A stretch of 63,576 bases of DNA, the filler included, from Stramenopiles sp. TOSAG23-3 (lineage: Eukaryota): the NCBI GenBank assembly GCA_900128585.1. It is 12 parts of 12 records of this genome, joined end to end, with 100 filler letters (N's around TTAATTAATTAA, not from the genome) between each part and the next. Parts side by side here need not be neighbours in the genome. Positions count along the whole stretch, not along the records: positions 1 to 8,112 come from LT643066.1; positions 8,213 to 16,319 come from LT643067.1; 10 more parts are not named here. One strand, 5' to 3'. The notes below the pieces were generated by a model. The model was not told the origin of the DNA, did no database searches, and saw only the letters and a list, made by a program, of their open reading frames with translations. A program made the position numbers and the translations under genes. This document shows positions 1 through 10,073 of the stretch, piece after piece (the stretch's first letter is position 1; every line of letters begins with the position of its first letter).

Positions 1-1315
1 AGTATGCACTCCAACACGTATATCCCAAACCCTGGCCTACAAGTGTAGCAAGAGAAATAGGTGTTAGAGACATTTCAGTGAGAAAGGGTTAAGGGGAAAT
101 AAAGGTATACTTACCAAGTGTAAAATAAAGCATTGTCACGATGACTTGGGCGGAGGAAGTAATGCCCGGTGGTGAAGCAGCCTGGAACACATCCGTTCCG
201 GCACTCCAATTCATAGAAAAACAGACGCCATGCAGCAGCTGCAAAGGAATGATCCAGTTCGCAGTTTCTGCCGTGATTAGCGACATGAGGAAGAACCGGA
301 AGCACGTAAGTACCTGGGCACATCGAAACATAAAGGCCGCCCCGCGAGCGTTCAACAGGGACTCACTGAAATAGTATGACGGCATTGCCGAAAGGACGCT
401 GATGAGCGTGGTTAGCCCATTGAACCTTCGGGTAAGCTTGAACTCCCTCTCGATTTGAAGGTACATTATTGAATCGGCAAGCACCATCGTGAACCCAAAA
501 AGAAAAATTTGGAACGCAATGGTCAGAATTCCTTTCATGCGCAAGAGTTGGTAAATACTTCGAAAAATTTGCCATGGTGTCTGGCGAGACGTTAACTTTT
601 TTGTACCGGCGGTGGAAGGAGTTTTCTCGCCGCACTCAAGTTCAGCATGCGCTGTTTTCTTCCCCTCCCTTTTGTGCCTCTTGTGGTAAATTGCCGCAGT
701 CAAAATCATGCAAAGGCCGCACAGGAAATAGGTCAAAACAAAAATGTTGGCCAGCCCAAAATGATCGACAAACCAGCCAAAAAAGAACGCCCCAACCCCC
801 CAAGCCAAGGACGCGAACATTTTTTGTCGACCGTACCCTTGCCTTTCGCCCTGAGGCAGCCCGCTTTCACTGTACTCTACTTCTTCCAATATTATGGCGT
901 CGACGAGGGGGCTGATACTATTGCACCCCGCCCGTGCGATCCGAATGCCACAAAAAATGGCGAACGGCCATTGTCTGATTAGGGCCTGTCGAACAATTTC
1001 TAGACTGAGTACAGAAAAACCAAACGATACCAAGAGGGAGCCAAACAACGAACAGGAGTCTGCCAACACCCCCCAGAGAGGTTGTGCCACTAATTTGACA
1101 AAAAATCCTAAGGTTTTCATAAACCCAACTTGGGACGGTGTAAAGCCCGCGTCTAGCAATAAAAAGACGCCGAAGCGGTTCCAACCAACTCCAGAAAACG
1201 CAGTAAAAAATGCCAAAAGTTTTGGAACCAACAAGTTCCCCCGTTGTACCCCTCCCCCCCCCTCTTTCTGTTGGCAGCTCGACACCTCTGTTGCACGCGT
1301 ATGGCGCTGCGACAT
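1..1315 (-). CDS. MFS transporter (MFSD6/MFS_1-like); exons 1315-115 and 36-1, 3' end truncated by window edge
   Basis: Multiple hydrophobic TM segments with QPLWGVLAD, YGRQKMFASLAWG and LQLLHG motifs. Removing intron 37-114 restores ...YFTLG-QGLGYTCWSAY. Confidence 0.85.
37..114 (-). other. 78-nt spliceosomal GT-AG intron
   Basis: Minus strand reads GTAAGT...CTCTAAC (branch point)...TTGTAG. It contains the in-frame stop that ends the ORF, and splicing restores the frame. Confidence 0.85.
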
Positions 1316-1647
1316 GTTGACTTGGGCAAACAAAGAACCAACAAACCAACCGCACCTATTCCAACTGGTAAAAAAATCTATGCTTCAAAATTAACGGTTG
1401 AGAACATTTTTACCGTGTATGTTACCGTGATTTCTTTTGCTTTTTCTGTGCCTAACCCTAACCAGATACTACACCGATTATTAAAATAAAATACTAGAAA
1501 AGAAGACGACAAACTCTCTTCAGATGATTATTATAAAATATTATTAATATAGGTAGGTACCTACCGTACCGGTACTTCTCTCTCCTACCTCTACCTCTCT
1601 TCTCTTCTTCAACATCCAGGACGGAGGACAGAAGAGTAGGAGGAGGA

Positions 1648-1742
1648 ATGAAAAAAAAGGAGAGAAGAAGAAGAAAGAAGAAGAAGATCTTCTTCTTTTC
1701 TTCTCCTCTCTCTTCTTTCTTCTTCTTCTTCTTCTTCTTCTA
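1648..1742. repeat. (AAG)n tract followed by (CTT)n tract, quasi-palindromic around AGATCT
   Basis: Read directly from the sequence; lies in a divergent-promoter spacer. Confidence 0.8.
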
Positions 1743-1885
1743 CGGGAAGAGGATTTACTCGATTTACAATATATTAAACCATTATTCGTTTGAACTTCGT
1801 TTTAATGGTTGTATGATTCAGGTATTTTTCGCCTGGATGCCAGTGTTGTAACATTTTTTTCACTTGAGGAGAACGCCACGAGATC

Positions 1886-3373
1886 ATGGCCGCCTTTGTC
1901 GACGTAGTCTCTTCTATAGAGGATGTCGTGGGGCGTGCCCTTAAGCAAGTGTGCCCAGCCCAAGCAGTGCTCTCGAAAGGTTCCGTGCAGCGAATTTCTC
2001 AAACAAATGGGGCAGAGTACTCGTCTTCGGCGGCAGCGAGGGTGTTTTGGGCACTGTTTAGGCAGCAAGACAAAGTCGAGAAAAAAGTTGTCATCTGCTC
2101 GGACTTTGGGACGGAGAAACGTGTCGACTTGGTAACGTTAAACAGGCTCATTTTGGACGCATTGCCTAACGCCAAGGTGCAGAAAGTATTTTCCTACGTT
2201 GGGATTCCTCACCCTTCCAGTGCAATCCTATGCTTTAATTCGAAACAGCACGCGGCGAGGCAGGCGGAGCGCGGCATGGTTGGGTGTCCAAAGTGCGGGA
2301 AATTTCTCAAGCTGGAGAACTCTGGGTTGGAGTGGCATGCAAAAAATGTACATAAAATAGAAAAACACTCGTCTGCGTACGACGCGGTCGCTTCTGCAAA
2401 AAATGCGTTAGTCTTGTACAGGAGCCTGCCCTTCACCGCCTTAGCAAATGAATCGTCGCAGAATTCTGAACAAACGGAGCACAATTACGACGACAATCTG
2501 GCGCTGACGAAATTGGAGCGGTACGCGGACATGACCAGCGCGCAGAACAGCCCGGCTGAGTTAGAGCTAATGATAAAGCAGGGAAAAGTGAAGAGGCTGT
2601 GCCACCCTGCGCTGGACGCGTGCAGGAGCGGGGACATGGCGGCCCTGAAACATTTTGTGAAGGTGGAAAAGTGGGACCCCGCGGCCTGCCACGATCGCAA
2701 CGGGTCCAGCGGTCTTCTGTGGGCGGCCGGGGGCGGGCATTTGGAATGCGTCAAGTTCCTTGTCGGTTCCAGCAACGTGGACCCGGTGGTGGAATTGCAA
2801 AAGGGGCGGCGGGGTTATGCCGGCAGGAACGCGTTGCACTGGTCGGCACGGAATGGCCACTTGGAGTGCTGCCAATACTTTATTGAAGCTTGCGGCCTGG
2901 AGATCGATGCCCAGACCGAGGATGGAACGACCCCTTTCCACCTTGCCGTTTGGCAGAATAGAATTCCGGTATGCTCGTACCTTGTGGAACAAGGGTGCAA
3001 CCCGCACCTGCTGAACAGCTATGGCTGCAACGCCATGCTGTGGGCTGGCCAAGGGCCGTTTGCTGAAATGGAGATGTTTCGATTTTTAGAGGACCTCAAC
3101 GTCGACTTTAACGCCTTCAACGACAATGGCCAAGGGGTTTTGCACAAGGCCGCACAGCGCGGAAAACTAAAGGTATGCCAGTGGCTGGTGAATTCACGAA
3201 AGATTGGTGGGGGGGAAGACGACCCAGGCTTTGAGCTCCTGAAAAAGCATTTCCAGCGCACGAAGACAGAAAAGTCGACCCCCACCGAACTCGCAGAGTA
3301 CGCCGGCAACGCAGAGTTGAAGGTATGGCTGAGTGACCTTCAGAAAGAATTTACCGTGAAGCTCGCTGTGTAG
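1886..3373 (+). CDS. Ankyrin-repeat protein with N-terminal C2H2-type zinc finger
   Basis: CPKCG...HAKNVH; ankyrin repeats GLLWAAGGGHLECVKFL, ALHWSARNGHLECCQYF, TPFHLAVWQN, VLHKAAQRG. Confidence 0.85.
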   Translation: MAAFVDVVSSIEDVVGRALKQVCPAQAVLSKGSVQRISQTNGAEYSSSAAARVFWALFRQQDKVEKKVVICSDFGTEKRVDLVTLNRLILDALPNAKVQKVFSYVGIPHPSSAILCFNSKQHAARQAERGMVGCPKCGKFLKLENSGLEWHAKNVHKIEKHSSAYDAVASAKNALVLYRSLPFTALANESSQNSEQTEHNYDDNLALTKLERYADMTSAQNSPAELELMIKQGKVKRLCHPALDACRSGDMAALKHFVKVEKWDPAACHDRNGSSGLLWAAGGGHLECVKFLVGSSNVDPVVELQKGRRGYAGRNALHWSARNGHLECCQYFIEACGLEIDAQTEDGTTPFHLAVWQNRIPVCSYLVEQGCNPHLLNSYGCNAMLWAGQGPFAEMEMFRFLEDLNVDFNAFNDNGQGVLHKAAQRGKLKVCQWLVNSRKIGGGEDDPGFELLKKHFQRTKTEKSTPTELAEYAGNAELKVWLSDLQKEFTVKLAV

Positions 3374-3588
3374 CTCTGTAGGCACTTTACAAAAATGATA
3401 ATTTGCACATTTTAAGAAATTAGTGTTACCTACCTACGAAAATTTTGTGATATTACGGTAATAATTTGGTTTGGCATATAGCATGAAAAAAAAAAACCAT
3501 GATATACTCTTTAGTTAAGATATGTTAATTAAATAGGGTAGAATCCATTTTTTCTTTACAAACGCGTGGTTGCCAGTCAGCAAGCCAG

Positions 3589-4860
3589 TCAACCCCGGCC
3601 TCGTCCTCGTCCTCGTCCTCGTCCACGGTGACCGCCACGATGACCGCCGCGTTGACCACTGCGGTTGCCAGGCTGGCCCATGTTGGGAGGGTAGATCGGC
3701 TGACCGTTTGGCCCGTACTGTATTTGAAACGGTGGTGCCACCATCCTGGGCTGGCCTTGGCCATACTGCATCATCATCTGTGGGTTCATCATCGGTGGGT
3801 ACCCAGGCATCGGCATTCCTGGGATCATGGGCATCCCGCCCGGGCCCGGAATCATCATCCCCGGGTGCGGCATCATTTGCTGCGGGTGATATGCCATCTG
3901 CTGCGGTACTACTGCCGGCGGGGCGGCCGGTTTCCACTCCGTTGCATTCGGGTTCCACTCCGCGGCGTCTGCGTTCATCTTGGAACCCTTCTGTGCAGCG
4001 TCTTTTTTCCCGCCTTTGGAGGACTTGTCACCATCGTCTTTCGATGTTTTCTTCCCTTTCACATGGGTTTCGTGGAACTTTTTTAATTCCTTCGTCACTT
4101 GCGCGCGGTCGCCGGAGCTCTCAGCTTCGTTCACGCGCGCCGCCTCACTTTTGCCCTTGCTGGCAGGGGCACTTTTCAGCGAAGCATTCTTGACGACAGC
4201 GCCGTAGAGCGCTTCCTCGTCCAGGTCGTCCCCCTTCAGCTGGTTGCGGTCCTCCATGACGTGGACGTTGCTGCTCTTCTTTCGCATAATGTCACGGGTC
4301 ACTTTGTCCGCCTTTTTCTTCTGTGCAGCCGAGAGCTTGGATCGGTCTAACTTTGTAGTGTACTGTTCCTCTTCGTACGAGTACTTTACGCCAAATTTTC
4401 GCTCGTTGACTTCGAACTGGTCGAAGGTCCCAACACTCCCTTGGCTCTCGAGGCCGCCGGCAGCGACAGAGTCGTCGCCCGCCCACGCGACCAGTTCCCG
4501 CTCCCGTAGGTTTTGGTTGCCGCTGATGTCCGTGTCCGTCATGAACTTCAAATCCTTCTTTGCAACGTTTCTCGTATCCACATCGGCGGCAATGAGCTGG
4601 CAGATGTCAGCACCGAGAACAACCTTTTCCTTCGTGGCCTTTTCCCGCACGCCCGTCGCCGTCGCCATTTTCAGGGTTACGTTAAAATTGCTGTCATCGA
4701 TGTGGTCAAGAATCCCAGTGAACCACTGCCCATCTGCGAGCTGAAGGGAAACACGGTAACCAATCAGCTGCAACGTAGTCCACACGAACCTTTGGTTCAT
4801 CTTGTTCACCGGCTTCCCCATCCCTGGAGGGGGGCCGCGGCGAGTTTTGGCCGCACTCAT
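3589..4860 (-). CDS. ATXN2: Ataxin-2/PBP1 homologue
   Basis: LSm domain; LSmAD (FMTDTDIS...FDQFEVNERKFGVKYSYEEEQYTTKL); PAM2 (KMNADAAEWNP); Pro/Met/Gln-rich region and RG tail. Confidence 0.92.
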   Translation of the reverse strand: MSAAKTRRGPPPGMGKPVNKMNQRFVWTTLQLIGYRVSLQLADGQWFTGILDHIDDSNFNVTLKMATATGVREKATKEKVVLGADICQLIAADVDTRNVAKKDLKFMTDTDISGNQNLRERELVAWAGDDSVAAGGLESQGSVGTFDQFEVNERKFGVKYSYEEEQYTTKLDRSKLSAAQKKKADKVTRDIMRKKSSNVHVMEDRNQLKGDDLDEEALYGAVVKNASLKSAPASKGKSEAARVNEAESSGDRAQVTKELKKFHETHVKGKKTSKDDGDKSSKGGKKDAAQKGSKMNADAAEWNPNATEWKPAAPPAVVPQQMAYHPQQMMPHPGMMIPGPGGMPMIPGMPMPGYPPMMNPQMMMQYGQGQPRMVAPPFQIQYGPNGQPIYPPNMGQPGNRSGQRGGHRGGHRGRGRGRGRGRG

Positions 4861-5756
4861 CAGGTCCGATTCGCAGTCAATACGTTCAGCAACAGTCAAG
4901 TCGACAAACAAACACAAACGCTTGGATTGTTGCTGAAGTCTAGGAAATCAAATTAAAACGAACGAAATGAAACGCAATCTCACGTGAAGGACTACTGTTC
5001 AAAATATATATATAATATGAACAATACGTATATAGATATGAAATAAAATATCAAAGACCATATTTTAATACATACATCTATCTCATTACATATACATACA
5101 TTCAATTGTTGTGACCAATAATATTAATTATTATTATTATAATCTAAATTGTGTTGGAAGAAGTATTATAGTCGTCTAGTATTTAGATGATGATTTTGAT
5201 GACAAAACTTTTTATATATAATGTCCGTCGGTATCCATGATTAAGGATATGTATTTATGTATATTATATATATGCTGTGTATATATAAAGATGTATATTT
5301 TATCACTTTGTTTAATTCTATTTAGTTATGATTAATATTGAAAAATAATTTCATCGAAATACCTATATCTACAATAGAAAACCTTACCATTCCAAAGTGT
5401 CTCATATAGTTATCTTTTATACACATATCCTTAATTGTAGGTGACTTTTCTTGTCTCTCTCCAGTTTCCAGTCCTCCTATTTTATTATAAGGGTTGCCAT
5501 GTGATATAATTAAATATATTGATAGGATTTATATACTTAGACTATAGTTTGCTTTACATATAGTGTCTAATAATTAAATTGGAGGCATATTCAATATTCA
5601 GCCGCCATATTATTATATATAAAAATAATATATTATAATATACAACCAACACAGCATTAAGAAATATCGAAAACATCATCCAAGTCGTCTATTATTGCTT
5701 GGAGTTTACATTACATTTATCATCACCTATTGCCTCTATCGAAATGGATCCAAATT

Positions 5757-6804
5757 TTAATCGTCCTCTATAATCATTTCGTCCGAATCGCTGCCAGCAT
5801 CGGATTCGATGCCATACTCCTCCTCCTCTGTCCCAGGATCTTCGACGTTATCATCAGCCTGCTCGGCCTCTTCCTCCGGTTTTGGGGAATCGTTATTTCC
5901 CGCTGGACTTGTTTCTGTATTCGCAAGCTATTATATACCCCACCAGCAGAAATTCTATGATTTGCTCGACCGTTAGAACATTTTCAAGCTCTTTTGCGCC
6001 TTGAATAATGTGTCCTGATGAAGTCTTATAACTCGTTGTTACTTTCTTTTTCATTTTACTCCGGCACATGGTCTGAAGTTGATACCACAGCTTGTCTTCG
6101 TCCCCCCAGTTCATTTTTTCCCCTTCAAGTTGGCCGGCCAGAACTATCTTAAGAAAGCCATTTTTGGCCATTTTGCCCTGGGCCCCAAATAACATTGCAA
6201 TTGCAGCGCAGACAGTGCCCACCCTTGCAATCAAAGCGTTTAAAAAATCTGTCATAAGTTTTTGCCCTTGCCCTTTGCCAGCAAACCTTTGGCGTTCTTC
6301 CTCCGATTTTTTCTCACCGGCCTCGATCCATTCAATAAATTCCATTTCGTCTATGCTATTTGATTTGTCCTGGTCAATGAACGATAGAATGATTTCTGCA
6401 TCGTGTTTTGACTGCATGTCCGTAGCCGACGATGAGCTCTCTAGTGTGTGCTCGTTCAAAATGGTCTGTATCATTTTTGCAAACTCCCCTTTACTCATTG
6501 CACCACTATCATCCTTATCGAATTCACGAAAAATTAAATGCAAGGCCAACCTTCTTTGGCGAAACTCTTCCGTCCACTCTGCTATTTTTGCCCGTGCGTT
6601 GTCATCGTCGATTTCCGCCTGTTTCTTGGGACCAGCGGATCCACCACCTGAACCCAACGCCGGGGTGGATTTGGCAGCCAATGACGGCGTCGTCTTTGAG
6701 GTCGGGGCTTCAGTCATGTCGCTTGCAGAAGGTGATCTTTCTGGCACTCGCCCCGGATCATTCTGCTGCAACACATCTTTCGTTGAGCTTGCGCCAGCAC
6801 CCAT
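5757..6804 (-). CDS. N-myristoylated EF-hand protein; ORF stops at 5893 but an acidic tail continues in the +1 frame to 5757
   Basis: MGAGASS start; EF-hand loops DKDDSGAMSKGE and DQDKSNSIDEME; +1 frame reads NDSPKPEEEAEQADD...MIIEDD*. Confidence 0.75.
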
Positions 6805-7428
6805 TTTTTGAATTATCGCAGATATACTCCCTCTGCCGAAGTGCCTCTGATTTTGTTCGAAAAAGGAAGGTATTTTTTTTTCTGACAGAAAGGATTTTGA
6901 CCATCATTTTAACGTGAGTGAATGTTTATATATAATTCACGAAAAATAAATCTACTAGCAACAAATCGTTTCGATTTTTTATTTACTTTGTTGTTGTGGT
7001 AATTATATATATTACTATTTTGTATATTTTAATAGAAGACGTCTTCTATTCCCATTTTATTTCTATTATTAATTTATACGAAGTATAATATTTTTATAGT
7101 CCGAACAGTTAATTCCAAATTCTTCATTTTGTGAATTTACAATGCTCTGTGGTGTTGTTTTTCTCTTTCGGCGGTTTCTCCATTCCCCCCGAAAAAAAAA
7201 TATTTATTAGTAGACGACTAAGAACAAAATATACACGTATGTGCTATAACAACTTAAAAAGTAATGAATGTTCCAGGTTCTGCCTTTGGCCATTTTGCTT
7301 TTTAGGAAAGTGTATAATTTCGAATCGTAAATTTCTCTCTTTATCAGTCTCTTCTCTGTGCAACATTTTTATAAAAATCTAGTTGAAACGGCATACCACA
7401 GAGCAAGCTCTATTCCCCCCCATTGCCT

Positions 7429-8106
7429 CTAATAACCTTTCTTTACCAGATCATATCGGCAGAGAGCACAGCGAGTGTCATAGTTCAGCAATTCTTTGGC
7501 GCAATCTACATGAAATACGTGGGAGCATGGGAATTTTTTGATGCACTCGTGGTGTTCAAACGGAGACAGACAGATCGCGCACTCGTCTTCTTCCCCGCCG
7601 TCTTTCTTAGTCCTGTAAAAACCATTTCGTAGCATTTTGAAAAGCTCCGTTTTATTTTTTCCCTTCTTCGCCGCAACAGCCAGTTGCCGACTGGCAACAT
7701 TGTCATCCAAAGCTAAGAGTCGCTCGTATGTCATCTCTGAATCTGTCATGAAGTCACTACTACCAGTACTTGCGGCGGCCTGTCTTGAATTGCTTCTACT
7801 GTTCGATGATCCGCTCCTTCGAACGCTTGCCCCAGCCGAGACTTGGGCATCTTGTCGCTGCCTTTGCTGCTGCTGTTGACTGTACCCTCCCCGAGAAGGG
7901 ACAATTTGGTCCAACGATTGACCTCCCCATACGTCCTCGACTGTCGTGGAGCCAGTGGAATCAACCGTTCTAATTTGCGCGCGAAGCCGTCTATTTGTCT
8001 CCTGAACGGCATTGTAAGCGTTGCTGATGTCTTCTTCTACTGGACGAGCGTTGCTGCTGGTTTGTTCGTTCGCCGTATTGCGTCGGCGGCGGTTGGGTTG
8101 CGACAT
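7429..8106 (-). CDS. RING-H2 E3 ubiquitin ligase
   Basis: MTYERLLALD motif followed by CAICLSPF...FPCSHVFHVDC...CALC. Confidence 0.9.
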   Translation of the reverse strand: MSQPNRRRRNTANEQTSSNARPVEEDISNAYNAVQETNRRLRAQIRTVDSTGSTTVEDVWGGQSLDQIVPSRGGYSQQQQQRQRQDAQVSAGASVRRSGSSNSRSNSRQAAASTGSSDFMTDSEMTYERLLALDDNVASRQLAVAAKKGKNKTELFKMLRNGFYRTKKDGGEEDECAICLSPFEHHECIKKFPCSHVFHVDCAKELLNYDTRCALCRYDLVKKGY

Positions 8107-8112
8107 AATGTC

Positions 8113-8212
8113 NNNNNNNNNNNNNNNNNNNNNNNNNNNNNNNNNNNNNNNNNNNNTTAATTAATTAANNNNNNNNNNNNNNNNNNNNNNNNNNNNNNNN
8201 NNNNNNNNNNNN
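8113..8212. other. Artificial contig linker; identical linkers at 16320, 24522, 32702, 40871, 49030, 57177, 58457, 59737, 61017 and 62297
   Basis: 100-nt N-run with a central TTAATTAATTAA (stops in all six frames). Contig lengths are 8107, 8102, 8080, 8069, 8059, 8047, then 5 x 1180. Confidence 0.98.
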
Positions 8213-8284
8213 TTTGGTTGCGAGCTGCTTGCGTGGGGCTTTACCACCGGTGGATTTGCGTGCGGTTTGCTTTGTGCGGGCCAT
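8213..8284 (-). CDS. H3: Histone H3, N-terminal 24 codons (truncated by contig end; absent from ORF track)
   Basis: Reverse complement translates to MARTKQTARKSTGGKAPRKQLATK. Confidence 0.97.
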
Positions 8285-9349
8285 TTTGTTTGTTTGTTTT
8301 TATAATTATTATTATATTATGTTTTGGTTGAGTTATTTCTTTCTTCCTCTATTCCTCTTTCATTCCTTTTTCATTTCTTCATATGGGAGCCCGATCGATC
8401 GTTCCGTTCCTTGTCGTTCCCCATCGGGTCAGTAGAGTGAAGTAAGAACTAAGAAGTAAGAACAAAGAAAGAAAAAGAAATTTCAGAAAAAGAAAAAAAA
8501 AAGAAAAAATGAATTTACATTATTAGTATGGAAATAGCATAGAAAATGAAGTTAAGAACCTTGATTTTCATTCTTCCATCCTGTGTTTATGTAATCATTA
8601 GTGAACTTTCCTAATTTTGAATTAGTTTCGCGGGTGAATATGAATCCCTATCAAGAATAAAAATAAATTCTATTGTATTGTATTTATATGTATATAAAAT
8701 GTTTAAAATGGCCTCGTTTTTGTACTTTTAGAATCATTGAGATTCTATATATAATAGAAATACAATAGAGATGTATCCCTTTTGAGTAAATAATTTATGT
8801 TTTTCTTTATTTTGTACTTCTTAGTATACAAAATATAAGAAAATATTTCTTATTGGATTTTTAAATGATAAGCGCAAAGAGGAAGTGATCAAAAGAGATG
8901 AACTTATCCAATTAAGGAATAATATTTATTATTAATTTTTATGCTCTAATTATTAACTATTTACTAGATAAATTTTATCGTTATTAATATTTCTATATTA
9001 TTACCCTTAATATTTGAGAAAAACTCCATTTTTTGGTTCGCCATGATTCAATTTTGAATAGCAGGTACACAACATTGAAATATACCCTTTTTTTTTCCCT
9101 CCTAGATTCAATTTTGAATAACATATACATAGCATTGAACTAATTCCTTCTTTTTTTTTTTCTTCTTCTTCTTTTTTTTCGTCGTACTACAAACTACCCC
9201 CGCCACAGGCAACACAAGACCCTCGCTCCAGTTCGGGTGGTGTTGCACGACGGGAAGGGGGCTGAGTTGCAAATAAGAAAGAGAAAGAAAGAATGTGGAA
9301 CCGTTTGAAAGAAAGAAAACAACCAAAAAAATATAATAAACTTTTTTAA

Positions 9350-9619
<270 letters not shown>

Positions 9620-9647
9620 TAGGAACGCAACGAAGCCCCAAAAAAAT

Positions 9648-9663
9648 GGCTTTCATCAAAGCC
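9648..9663 (+). promoter_or_regulatory. Histone mRNA 3' stem-loop
   Basis: GGCTTT-CATC-AAAGCC, preceded by an A-run and followed by ACACAC, ~70 nt after the H4 stop. Confidence 0.75.
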
Positions 9664-10073
9664 ACACACAAAGATCAAAATGAAAAGAGATGCATTGCTC
9701 CCAAAAAGTCTATATCTACACGTATTCCTCCAAAAAGTCCTACACATACGCTTCCAATCGAATCTCATTCTTCTTTTTAAAACCAACAATCCTCCTTGTT
9801 ATTTATCTGTTCATTAAGTACAGAACTTCCTATGTTTGAGTCTACAAGTAAATGTCGTACAATGTTTTCTAGAGTTGTGTCATTTTGAAATGTCGTTTGA
9901 ATACATAAGAATAGCATAGGGTAAATTCTACGAATGCACATTTCTATCCTGTAGCCATGTATATAACTTTATCTTACAGAATATATTCTCATAGTATAGA
10001 AATGGATTAAGAAGCTGTATTATAATTTCAACTCCAACCCCACCCACCACTGCCAACGAACGACAGACGACAG

